Position numbers and translations under genes: made by a program. Positions 7,014 to 15,075 of a DNA stretch of 24,377 nucleotides are shown here, piece after piece; the first letter of the stretch is position 1, and each line of letters begins with the position of its first letter. The notes beneath the pieces are model-generated. The model worked only from the letters and a program-made list of their open reading frames with translations, ran no database searches and was not told the DNA's origin. The stretch covers positions 1 through 24,377 of IMG/VR virus record IMGVR_UViG_3300020044_004943. One strand, written 5' to 3'. Origin of the DNA: a virus. Its lineage: Duplodnaviria; Caudoviricetes.

Positions 7014-7247
7014 CTAGTTTAGTGCCGAGGTAACTTCATCAACTGTGAGGCCTGCAGCAGCAGCCAAAGCAGCAAGAACAGCAGCCTTCTTAGCCTGTGC
7101 TTCAGCCTCAGCGGATTCGCGCTCTGCTTGTGCTTGTGCTGCGAGTTCAGCCTGGGCTGCTAGTTCAGCAACCTCAGCATCAGTGAGTTCAATTTCGGTT
7201 GCGATGCCAGTTGAGCAGTCGACTTCGATTCGGGTTGGGTTGGCCAT
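7014..7247 (-). CDS. Hypothetical protein following the tail genes
   Basis: 77 aa, SD AAGAAAGG; Ala/Glu-rich helix. Confidence 0.8.
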   Translation of the reverse strand: MANPTRIEVDCSTGIATEIELTDAEVAELAAQAELAAQAQAERESAEAEAQAKKAAVLAALAAAAGLTVDEVTSALN

Positions 7248-7261
7248 TTGTGTTGCCTTTC

Positions 7262-7768
7262 TTAGGATACGGTTGCGCCGGTTGCGCCAGTGTTAGAGAT
7301 GCCATAAAGGGTTGCCGAAGAATACTGAGGAAGGCCAGTCAATCCTGCAATTGTTAGCGAAGTGACTGCGGAAGTTACCGAACTATAAGCCATAGCGAAC
7401 AATTCTTGTGCACTTGCGCTTGCATTATTTTCTGCGACATTGTCACAACTAGCAGCCTTAGCAACTGCGCTTGTGTAGTTAGCGACATAGAAAGATAGAT
7501 TGTTAAAAGTATTGGCTGTTTTATCGGAACCAGCAATGGAAGGGGTCACAAATCCATAAGATGCTACTGAACTACCATTGCCAAAAATTCCAATACCAGT
7601 GGGTGATGTTGAATTAAGTTGCATACTGGCACCAATAAACCCTGCTTGAGTGCTACGGATTGAAGCAATCAAATAAAGGTCAGTATATGTGCCAGGGATA
7701 GAAGTGAATGTGATTGTTGATGCACCACCAGCACCAACATCAACCTGAGCAATTTTAGTAATAGCCAT
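7262..7768 (-). CDS. Minor tail protein, paralogue 3
   Basis: ITFTSIPGTYTDL...VTSLTI...SSATLYGI; shares motifs with the two upstream genes. Confidence 0.75.
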   Translation of the reverse strand: MAITKIAQVDVGAGGASTITFTSIPGTYTDLYLIASIRSTQAGFIGASMQLNSTSPTGIGIFGNGSSVASYGFVTPSIAGSDKTANTFNNLSFYVANYTSAVAKAASCDNVAENNASASAQELFAMAYSSVTSAVTSLTIAGLTGLPQYSSATLYGISNTGATGATVS

Positions 7769-8244
7769 TATGCGCTCACTCCGTAAAGGGTAAAGGTAGA
7801 ACCAACAGCGAAGGTGCTTGCCGTTGGGAATACAGCGATGCTAGTGATTGCCGCAGTGTTAGCCCATCTTTGTGCTGTCGCAATAGTTTGAACGGCCGCA
7901 TTATTGGCTCTAGAAACCAACCCTTTGTGCTTATCGGTTGCTGAATAATCTAAAAAGTCATAGGTTGCAGCGGTAGTCGAAGCATAAGCCACAGCACCAG
8001 CAAAAGCATTTAGTGTGCCAGATGCGCTTGTGGCACTTGAACCATTGCCAATCATGAAAACATAGACATAATTATTGCCAGTATCTCCATTGACTCGCAA
8101 TCTTAAACCTTCAGTTCCAGAACCAGCCAACTGCATTACTAAGCGCAAATCGCGATAAGTGCCAACAATGCTTGAAAAAGTCACAGTTGCCTGAGCAGAA
8201 CCAAGGGTGAGAGTAGCGAGCGCTGTCATTGCTGAAGTAGGCAT
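7768..8244 (-). CDS. Minor tail protein, paralogue 2
   Basis: VTFSSIVGTYRDL...NGDT.NNY...DYS.TDK.K...NTAAITSI...GSTFTLYG. Confidence 0.75.
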   Translation of the reverse strand: MPTSAMTALATLTLGSAQATVTFSSIVGTYRDLRLVMQLAGSGTEGLRLRVNGDTGNNYVYVFMIGNGSSATSASGTLNAFAGAVAYASTTAATYDFLDYSATDKHKGLVSRANNAAVQTIATAQRWANTAAITSIAVFPTASTFAVGSTFTLYGVSA

Positions 8245-8820
8245 TTAGTTCCATCCATAAAGCGAGAAGCGGCAACCGGAAACAAAAGTCTGACCAGAAA
8301 CAGCGCCAATAGTCAGCGAGGTAATGGCGGCAGTATTCATCCACAAACCGCTGGTTAGCGAAACACTTTGTGCGCTATAAATCGAAGGGGCAGCGCCACC
8401 CAAAATGCGAGTGGTTTTGAATTTAGTTGTCTGGCTATAGTCGGCAATGTCCATGACATGGGCGCTGTGCGCTGAGGAAGTGAACAGTGTTGTTGCAACT
8501 GAGCGAATAGAGTTCACATAACTGTTGCTGTAGCCTGTGTTGACTCCAGAGCCGTTACCATCAAGGTAGTGCAAGGCATAGTTTCCTGCAGTAGTATCCC
8601 CATTGAAAGTGAAATAAGCCGCATCCATAGTTGAACCGCCATTGCTATCCTTCAAAGTCATTCGCACCTGCAGATGACGGAAAGTGCCAGGGATAGAACT
8701 GAAGGTGACTGAGGATGGTGAGCCTGTCACCAACTGAGTGCTGATTAACTGGAAGTCTGTGCCACCGCCAGCGCCACCTGCCCCACTGGCCGCCCAAATG
8801 CCTAAAGGGAGAAGAGCCAT
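8245..8820 (-). CDS. Minor tail protein, paralogue 1
   Basis: VTFSSIPGTFRHL...NGDT..NY...DYSQTTKFKT...NTAAITSL...FSLYG. Confidence 0.75.
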   Translation of the reverse strand: MALLPLGIWAASGAGGAGGGTDFQLISTQLVTGSPSSVTFSSIPGTFRHLQVRMTLKDSNGGSTMDAAYFTFNGDTTAGNYALHYLDGNGSGVNTGYSNSYVNSIRSVATTLFTSSAHSAHVMDIADYSQTTKFKTTRILGGAAPSIYSAQSVSLTSGLWMNTAAITSLTIGAVSGQTFVSGCRFSLYGWN

Positions 8821-9353
8821 TATGCTGTGATTCCACCGATGACACGGTAAGAGTTAGCCGCAACCTTCTCCACCGAAGCGCCACCATACTGTGAGGAAAT
8901 CTTGAAAGTCACTGCGGTGCCAGCAGTGCCTGCACCGGCCCAAGTGGTGATACCGGTTCCAGCAGCAATGCTCACAGTTCCTGATGAGTCGCGGATGATG
9001 TCGATGCGCTGCCAAGTGCTAAGGATGTCGGGGATGGTGATGGTGTAAGAGGCCGTGCCATTAGCAACAATGGTGTTGTTCACATCGCCGGCAACAGCCG
9101 AATAAGCCGCGCTCACAACAGTGCCTGAAGGTGCAGCGCTCACGCCCACCCAAGCGCTGCCCGAATAATACTCGACAGCATTAGTGTCAGTGAGGTAACT
9201 CATCATGCCCTCAGACACAGCCGTGCCAATCGCAGAAGAGCGAGCAGCCGATGAAGCATAAACCTGCACAACTTGGTCTTGCAGATAACCCTGCACATTA
9301 GCAGCAGTCAGCACCTCGCCTGCTGTGAAAGTCTTACGGCCTAAACCTGCCAT
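8820..9353 (-). CDS. Minor tail / tail fibre-associated protein
   Basis: KTFTAGEVLTAANV N-terminus typical of actinophage tail proteins; Ser/Thr/Ala/Gly rich. Confidence 0.75.
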   Translation of the reverse strand: MAGLGRKTFTAGEVLTAANVQGYLQDQVVQVYASSAARSSAIGTAVSEGMMSYLTDTNAVEYYSGSAWVGVSAAPSGTVVSAAYSAVAGDVNNTIVANGTASYTITIPDILSTWQRIDIIRDSSGTVSIAAGTGITTWAGAGTAGTAVTFKISSQYGGASVEKVAANSYRVIGGITA

Positions 9354-9368
9354 TGTGATTCTCCTCTG

Positions 9369-10595
9369 TTAGCCAACTGTGGCTGTATCTAGTTTACCAA
9401 ACACTGTGTCATCCAAAATCAGACTGATGTAATCAAGGGTGGAGAAGCCGAGAGTGATGGAGTGTTTGCGAACATCGGCGCTGTGGCTGATGGCGATGAC
9501 CTCAGCATATTTCTGGATGGCTGGGGCAATGCCATTCGGGGTGAACTTGATTTCACAAACTGAACCAATCTCAAGATTCAAAACTTGTGTGGCTTCTACG
9601 GTGCTAATCTCATCCAGGTTGATGGTGACCGCTTCGAATCGGAACTCAGGCTCGGAGTATTGACGCACAAGGTTTACAGCCAGCGAATCAACATCAGGGT
9701 TATAAGCGCTAAGCAGGTCAGTGTAGGTGAGTGTCTGCACGCCGTAAGCCTGTTGGCTGTCTGTGTCATTTGCTACCGCTGTGCCACCTGCAGTGATTGA
9801 TGAGGCAACCACTTGGTTATAGAGCAACTCGGAACCGTAGACAACTTGCATGCCAGTGTATTTGATGCCTGTGCCGTCATCGGCAAGGGTCACAAAGTCG
9901 GCTGATGAGGGTTGCACACCGTTCTGGTCTTTGAAAACAATGTCACCATTCTTGCTGACAAAGAAGCGGCCATTCTCTGAGCGCTCAACTGTCTGCAAAT
10001 AGGTGAGGGCGCTGGTGTCTGCTGGGATGACATCTGCACCCATGTAAACCTCACCGCTGTCAATGTCTCGATGCTCGGCCGGCCATTCGACATCGGCTGA
10101 GGAGAGGATTGTGTTGACTCTCGCGCCAGACAACTGGAGGGTTGCGGTGCCACCTGTGAGGGTTTGGTTGGCTAACTGTGAGAAAGCATCAGAAGCGGCA
10201 GCCAGTGCAGTGCTATCACCCTGCGGTGCGAACTCAAGATTCCAATCATCAATGAGCCCCTTGTATTGAACAATGCCATTGGAGGTGATGCGAATCTCGC
10301 GCTTAGGGATGACCTGCCCATAGAAAGGTGACGCAGCAAAGGTAGGGTCAAAGGCGCGGTCATTGTTGTTCAAAACAACTGAGGCCACACCAGCCTGAAA
10401 CACATCCAACTGGCGCGACTTGCCACGGCGAATGCTGTAAGAGCGCACGCGAGAAGTAATGTCATAAAAAGTTAGACCACCCAGAGGCCAGTCAGGGTTG
10501 TTTAGTTGGCCAGCAATCGGGTCATCCAATGTGAGAAAGGGGCCACCAGCAGTTGTGAGGTCGAAACCAATTTGTACTTTTTCAGTAACCGCCAT
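9369..10595 (-). CDS. Minor tail (tail tip) protein
   Basis: 408 aa directly downstream of the tape measure; IRRGKSRQLD..AG.ASVVLNN.DRAFDP pattern. Confidence 0.8.
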   Translation of the reverse strand: MAVTEKVQIGFDLTTAGGPFLTLDDPIAGQLNNPDWPLGGLTFYDITSRVRSYSIRRGKSRQLDVFQAGVASVVLNNNDRAFDPTFAASPFYGQVIPKREIRITSNGIVQYKGLIDDWNLEFAPQGDSTALAAASDAFSQLANQTLTGGTATLQLSGARVNTILSSADVEWPAEHRDIDSGEVYMGADVIPADTSALTYLQTVERSENGRFFVSKNGDIVFKDQNGVQPSSADFVTLADDGTGIKYTGMQVVYGSELLYNQVVASSITAGGTAVANDTDSQQAYGVQTLTYTDLLSAYNPDVDSLAVNLVRQYSEPEFRFEAVTINLDEISTVEATQVLNLEIGSVCEIKFTPNGIAPAIQKYAEVIAISHSADVRKHSITLGFSTLDYISLILDDTVFGKLDTATVG

Positions 10596-10596
10596 A

Positions 10597-12753
10597 CTAC
10601 AAACCTAGCACTCGAGTAAGACCGCCAGCGCCTGACTGTCGGGTATAAGTTCCAAGCGCATCCACAATCATCGCTGGAATCTCCTGCTTGTTAGCAATCA
10701 GCCCAGCCTCAACCTTGATGTTGTAAACATTCTGGCCGGCAGGGTTGTTGCCAGTTGATGACACTCGGCCATAGCCAGGGATGAAGTCAGTTGCATCAAT
10801 GCCAAAGCCAGGCATAACTGGCGCAGTAGGGGCAGCGAGATTCAGGGCAAGTTCCATGTTGAAAGCCTGTGAGAAAGCCTGAGCCATCGAGCGCGCCTGG
10901 TCAATCAGTTCCTGGTCTTTGCTCTTAATTCCTTCTAGCAACCCATTGGTCAGGTCAATGCCTGCACCATACATAACCTGCGCAGTCTGCTCGCCAATTT
11001 CAGCGCCCACACTGTTCAAGTCTTTGAAGATGCTGTTTAGCGAACCAACAGTGTCTGACCCACCTGCGAGAATAGCCTCAGCAGTTTGCCCTCCAGCATC
11101 AACACCAGCATCAACAATCTGCTTGTAAAGGTTCTGGTCAAGGCCCAACTCGCGCAACTTCTTAAGGCTGGCAGCAAAGGCTTTGGTCTTGTCAAGGATG
11201 GCTTGGAAGTTAGCAACAATGTCACTAGTAGTTGTCTGCTCAACAAGTTTCGAGCGAGTCATCTGAATGCCATCAACAACTGTGGTCATAGTTTCAGTGA
11301 CCATAGTTGACTGCTTAGTTAGCAAGCCAGTGATGTTGCCGAATGACTTGATAGCCGCTTCAACATCAGTTTTGACAGCCTTAGCAAGTGAGTATTTCTC
11401 AGCCAATTCATCGCGCTGTGCTGCTAGGCGCTCAATCGCAACTCGCTCTTTAGCGACATAGGCTAGGAGTGAAGCACCGCCATCGAGGAACATCTTTGAG
11501 TTCTCTCGGATGTTCGCAGCAATAGCATCGAATGAGTCAGCGGAAGCCTGAGCAAAACGGCCCAGCACCTTCTCCTCAAATGCTAAAGGCTTGACAGCAT
11601 CAGTAAGGTCTAGGAGAGAGTTCTTATATTCATTGACGGCAGCAACCTGCTCTGAGTAGGCAATGACTTGTTCGCTGAAACTTGCCATTGCTTCTTCAGC
11701 GGCCTTAGCCATCTCGGCGTTAGCAGCAGCAACAGCCTTAGCGATAGCAGCGCGCTCGGCAGCAGCCTTCTTAGCAGCAACCTCGGCCGCAGAAGGGCCT
11801 GTAGGGCCTTCCTTGCCGCCAGTTGTTTTCTTACCAAACTGACCAGTGTTGTATTTGTACTGGTCCAAGACACTAGCGCCTGTGGCTGCTTTCGGCTTCA
11901 AGCCAGAAAGAATATCCACATAAGCGCCGATGATAGGAATGAACTTTACCCAGTTGCCGTCAGAAAGTTCTTTACCCAGGCCATCAAATGCCTTGCCTAG
12001 AAGCGGAACCGCACCAGTAAGAACATCAACCGCATCAAAGATTTTGTCAAAACCCTTAAAAGCCGAATCAACTGCACCTGCAAACTCATCTGAGGTTAAG
12101 TAAGTAGCCAGATTCTTCATCGCAGGAAGAAGGTAGGTGCCAATCTGCTCTTGCAGTTCTCCCATGACAATAGACAGTTGCTGTATCGGGTCATTGTTAG
12201 CGGCTGCCTGGGCTGCACCATTAAACTGTTTAGTCAGTTCACCCATTGGGTTGGATGCGCCCTTGATGCTTGGAACAAGTTTTAGCAGGCTGGTGGTCGA
12301 ACCGTTGACAGCCTTACCCAGGGCAAGCGACACAGCGCCAAGGTCTTTACCTGTGCCAGCCGCAACATCAAGAGCCAGGCTGGTGAGTTTAGTTGCCTGG
12401 CCGACATCGCCCGTAGCGCGAACAAGAGAGGCGAAAGCCGGGCGAATTACATCATCTGCAACCGCCGCTTGGTTTTGCATAGATTTTATGCTGGCTTCCA
12501 CCGAAGCAATCTGCGCATCCGATGCCCCAACAGTGTTGCGAAGTTGATTGGCCAGCAGGGCCTGTGACTTAACATCATCTATAGCGGCAGCGGCTGATTC
12601 CTTTAAGACATTTGCAACACTGCTAAGCCCAACAGTTAGACCGGCAGCACCAAGCAGGCCCTTCATCGAAGAGCCAAGTTTGCCAAACTCAGACTGAGCC
12701 TTTTTTAACCCTCGGTCATCAAACTTGGAGACAATGGGAACAATAACCGCCAT
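10597..12753 (-). CDS. Tape measure protein
   Basis: Longest ORF (718 aa), Ala/Gly-rich helical, downstream of the tail chaperone region. Confidence 0.9.
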   Translation of the reverse strand: MAVIVPIVSKFDDRGLKKAQSEFGKLGSSMKGLLGAAGLTVGLSSVANVLKESAAAAIDDVKSQALLANQLRNTVGASDAQIASVEASIKSMQNQAAVADDVIRPAFASLVRATGDVGQATKLTSLALDVAAGTGKDLGAVSLALGKAVNGSTTSLLKLVPSIKGASNPMGELTKQFNGAAQAAANNDPIQQLSIVMGELQEQIGTYLLPAMKNLATYLTSDEFAGAVDSAFKGFDKIFDAVDVLTGAVPLLGKAFDGLGKELSDGNWVKFIPIIGAYVDILSGLKPKAATGASVLDQYKYNTGQFGKKTTGGKEGPTGPSAAEVAAKKAAAERAAIAKAVAAANAEMAKAAEEAMASFSEQVIAYSEQVAAVNEYKNSLLDLTDAVKPLAFEEKVLGRFAQASADSFDAIAANIRENSKMFLDGGASLLAYVAKERVAIERLAAQRDELAEKYSLAKAVKTDVEAAIKSFGNITGLLTKQSTMVTETMTTVVDGIQMTRSKLVEQTTTSDIVANFQAILDKTKAFAASLKKLRELGLDQNLYKQIVDAGVDAGGQTAEAILAGGSDTVGSLNSIFKDLNSVGAEIGEQTAQVMYGAGIDLTNGLLEGIKSKDQELIDQARSMAQAFSQAFNMELALNLAAPTAPVMPGFGIDATDFIPGYGRVSSTGNNPAGQNVYNIKVEAGLIANKQEIPAMIVDALGTYTRQSGAGGLTRVLGL

Positions 12754-13253
12754 TAGCGCAGACCTCTCGAAATCTTCTGGGATGCATCATTAAGGATGCG
12801 CTGAGCCGCCGCCTCTGCCTGAGGTAGCGCTTGTAGTGCCGCTGGCCAAACATAGCGTGACGGCTTCAGGCCAAGGCCGCGAATCATGGCAGCACCCTGA
12901 GGTGTGTTGCTGAATCTGGCCTGGTCAATAAGTGACACAATCGGGCTCATAGCCTGAACGCTTAGCAGGGATGTGACACCCTGGCGCTTAGAGCCACCTG
13001 CACGGAACTTGACTGTCACAGACTTAGCCGGCACGCGCCGGCCCTTGTAGTTCTGCGAGTTGTCCCAAGAGGTTCTACCGTTGTGACGCATGCCTCGCAA
13101 AGGTGGACCGTTAGGGATGCGAGCAACTACCGCCGCCTGCACCGGTTTGGCCACAGCCTTTAAGTCTTTGATAAGTTGCTTGCGTAGTTCTGGCTCGATT
13201 GCCTTGAGTTGTTTAGTCAACTCACGCACATTGGAATAAACAATATCGGCCAT
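12753..13253 (-). CDS. Putative tail completion protein (HK97 gp10-like)
   Basis: Basic 166-aa protein with C-terminal SRYVWPA motif; leaderless start (TAGAAT-6 nt-ATG). Confidence 0.6.
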   Translation of the reverse strand: MADIVYSNVRELTKQLKAIEPELRKQLIKDLKAVAKPVQAAVVARIPNGPPLRGMRHNGRTSWDNSQNYKGRRVPAKSVTVKFRAGGSKRQGVTSLLSVQAMSPIVSLIDQARFSNTPQGAAMIRGLGLKPSRYVWPAALQALPQAEAAAQRILNDASQKISRGLR

Positions 13254-13273
13254 GCATCCATTCTACCAATGAC

Positions 13274-13300
13274 AAAGCCCCCACCCCTGAGGGTGAGGGC
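13274..13300 (-). terminator. Intrinsic terminator after cassette gene 3
   Basis: GCCCTCACCC-TCAG-GGGTGGGGGC-TTT; the U tract is short. Confidence 0.7.
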
Positions 13301-13316
13301 CAGAGCCGAGGCTGTG

Positions 13317-13667
13317 TTATGCGGCAGCCTGGTTGCTGTAGACATCCATGCCTGCTGCTAGGCGCTCGACTGCGTAGATGGCCTGCGATGCGGTTAGGGT
13401 CTGGTCATCGGCTAGTGACCAGCCGGTTGACTTGTAGCCGAGGCGGTTGCGCTTGGTGAATGCTGAGAAGTATGAGGTGACATAGACGCGCTCTGAGTTG
13501 CGGATTAGGGCAAGCATGTTGTCTGCATCCCACTGTGGGCGGCGGATGATTGCTGAGGCGAACTCTCCGAACTCGCTTGAGTTAATCTCAACCTCAACCT
13601 GTAGGCCCAGGGTCTGAGCCAACTTGACTAGTGAGTTCAACTTGATGTGCTTTGCGGTGGTGGTCAT
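13317..13667 (-). CDS. Hypothetical protein, cassette gene 3 (moron in the tail operon)
   Basis: 116 aa, SD GAGAGGA, own promoter, terminators on both sides. Confidence 0.85.
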   Translation of the reverse strand: MTTTAKHIKLNSLVKLAQTLGLQVEVEINSSEFGEFASAIIRRPQWDADNMLALIRNSERVYVTSYFSAFTKRNRLGYKSTGWSLADDQTLTASQAIYAVERLAAGMDVYSNQAAA

Positions 13668-13779
13668 TTTGTATCCTCTCGATTTTCAACCTATCTGGCT
13701 GATGTATTTATTGTAGCAGATGTATCAGGGTAAACAACACCAAAACCACAAAAAACTTTAACCGTTACCAAACCGTAAC
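13668..13779 (-). promoter_or_regulatory. Cassette promoter/leader, copy 3
   Basis: GTTAC-N6-GTAAC box (13764-13779, plus reading); TGC-TACAAT-aaatac-A-TCAGCC-agata-GGTTGA-AAA; SD. Confidence 0.75.
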
Positions 13780-13807
13780 AAAAGAAAAACCCCCACCGAA
13801 GTGGGGG
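13780..13807 (-). terminator. Intrinsic terminator after the tail chaperone genes
   Basis: CCCCCAC-TTCG-GTGGGGG-TTTTTCTTTT. Confidence 0.9.
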
Positions 13808-13813
13808 AATCTC

Positions 13814-14211
13814 TTAGCCTCTGGGCTGATTACGGCTAACCAAGTATCTGCCCATAGTCCAAAGCATTCGCTCGCTCTCTAGCAGCAGCAGATGAGGTGC
13901 GATGCCTGTTTCACAAGCAAGGCTGGCGATATACCAATGAGCGGAACTATCGCCCAGCCCAACTATTTTGGGGATGACTCCGGACCCACTGATGCAACAT
14001 CAGCAAGCCAAGCATCGAACTCTTTAGCAGTCAGTTTCTGACGGCTTAGAGAGGTCCATGCAAGCCAGACCAGGTGAGTGAACTTCATCTCAGACTCGAG
14101 GCGAGTAACACTCAGATTGAACTTGTCTTCGAAAGCAACAAGGTCAGGGGCGGTCGCAGAAACTTCCTGCGACTCGCCAGACACAAACTCAACGCGTAGG
14201 TTAATCTTCAT
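13814..14211 (-). CDS. Tail assembly chaperone, long form via -1 frameshift
   Basis: Slippery C-CCA-AAA at 13966-13972 just before the TAG; the -1 frame reads IVGLGDSSAHWYIASLACETGIAPHLLL...QPRG to TAA at 13814. Confidence 0.8.
13963..14211 (-). CDS. Tail assembly chaperone, short form
   Basis: 82 aa directly after the major tail gene, ending in PK-stop at the slippery site. Confidence 0.85.
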   Translation of the reverse strand: MKINLRVEFVSGESQEVSATAPDLVAFEDKFNLSVTRLESEMKFTHLVWLAWTSLSRQKLTAKEFDAWLADVASVGPESSPK

Positions 14212-14236
14212 GAGTTAGAGTCTATACCTTTTAGAC

Positions 14237-14644
14237 CTAGGCCGTGGCCCTTGAGACGGTTCCGCTTGTAGGCCATGATACTGACAAAGTGGCCAAATCT
14301 CCGACTGATGAGCCGAAAGGCTGATAAGCGTTTGCAAGACAGACCACAGAATATGACGGATTGGTTGCCGACACAGTTGCTGAGGTCGGGGTGATGACCA
14401 CGGTTGCAGCAGTGTTGAACAGTGGGAATAGGGTTGCATCAACTGATGCGGCACCAAAGTCCTGGTTGAAGTTCAGGGTTAGCGAACCCGACTTCAGACC
14501 ACCAGTAACGGTGCGCCATTCTCCACCGAAGGTAGTAGTGTCAACCTCATCAGCCGAAAGGCTTAGGTCAACAGAGGTGAGCGATGATGACAAGTTTGTT
14601 CCATTGATGGTCACCTTGTAATCAGTAGCAACAAACTTTGCCAT
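14237..14644 (-). CDS. Major tail (tube) protein
   Basis: 135 aa; VDTTTFG...GGLKSGSLTL.F.QD and GDLATLSVSWP motifs; position. Confidence 0.85.
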   Translation of the reverse strand: MAKFVATDYKVTINGTNLSSSLTSVDLSLSADEVDTTTFGGEWRTVTGGLKSGSLTLNFNQDFGAASVDATLFPLFNTAATVVITPTSATVSATNPSYSVVCLANAYQPFGSSVGDLATLSVSWPTSGTVSRATA

Positions 14645-14658
14645 TGTGATTCTCCTTG

Positions 14659-15075
14659 TTAGTTAGCCTGAACTACTAAGTCAAACTCAGCAGCCAAGTA
14701 TGTGTTTTCTGCCACGGTTATGGAACCGTAGTTTCTCATGCCGGTCACTACGCAGTCATACGCTGCACCGCCTAGTTCCCTATCTGATTCTACCGCAACC
14801 TTAATACTGGCCGCCCCTGTAGGGGAACAGTAAGCATCTAGGCTTGCTTGCGATGTGCGCTCAGATACGCGCCCAACAACTACCGTGACGGTGAAGTTGT
14901 AAGTGTTTAGACCGCCGGTGCTGAAACTCTTGTGATAGTCAACCGTGGTCGGCGCGACTATCGCATAAGGCGGATTAATGTTGTCAGGGATAAAGCCTGT
15001 TGATGAGGTGCGAAGCCCTGAGATTGTGCCAAGGTTGGTTGCAATCCCGGTGCGCAGTGCGGCGATTGATGCCAT
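14659..15075 (-). CDS. Putative tail terminator / head-tail joining protein
   Basis: 138 aa between the connector and major tail genes. Confidence 0.65.
   Translation of the reverse strand: MASIAALRTGIATNLGTISGLRTSSTGFIPDNINPPYAIVAPTTVDYHKSFSTGGLNTYNFTVTVVVGRVSERTSQASLDAYCSPTGAASIKVAVESDRELGGAAYDCVVTGMRNYGSITVAENTYLAAEFDLVVQAN

Noticed and set aside
7262-8820. Diversity-generating retroelement acting on the tail paralogues
   Set aside because: No reverse transcriptase in the window and no near-identical template/variable repeat pair; the similarity is at protein-motif level.
11690-11790. GCA/GCT-rich low-complexity stretch
   Set aside because: Explained by the Ala/Lys-rich helix of the tape measure protein.
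317-13779. CRISPR array or attachment-site interpretation of the repeated cassette leader
   Set aside because: The copies are kilobases apart, degenerate and positioned as promoter and RBS; no integrase or cas gene was seen.
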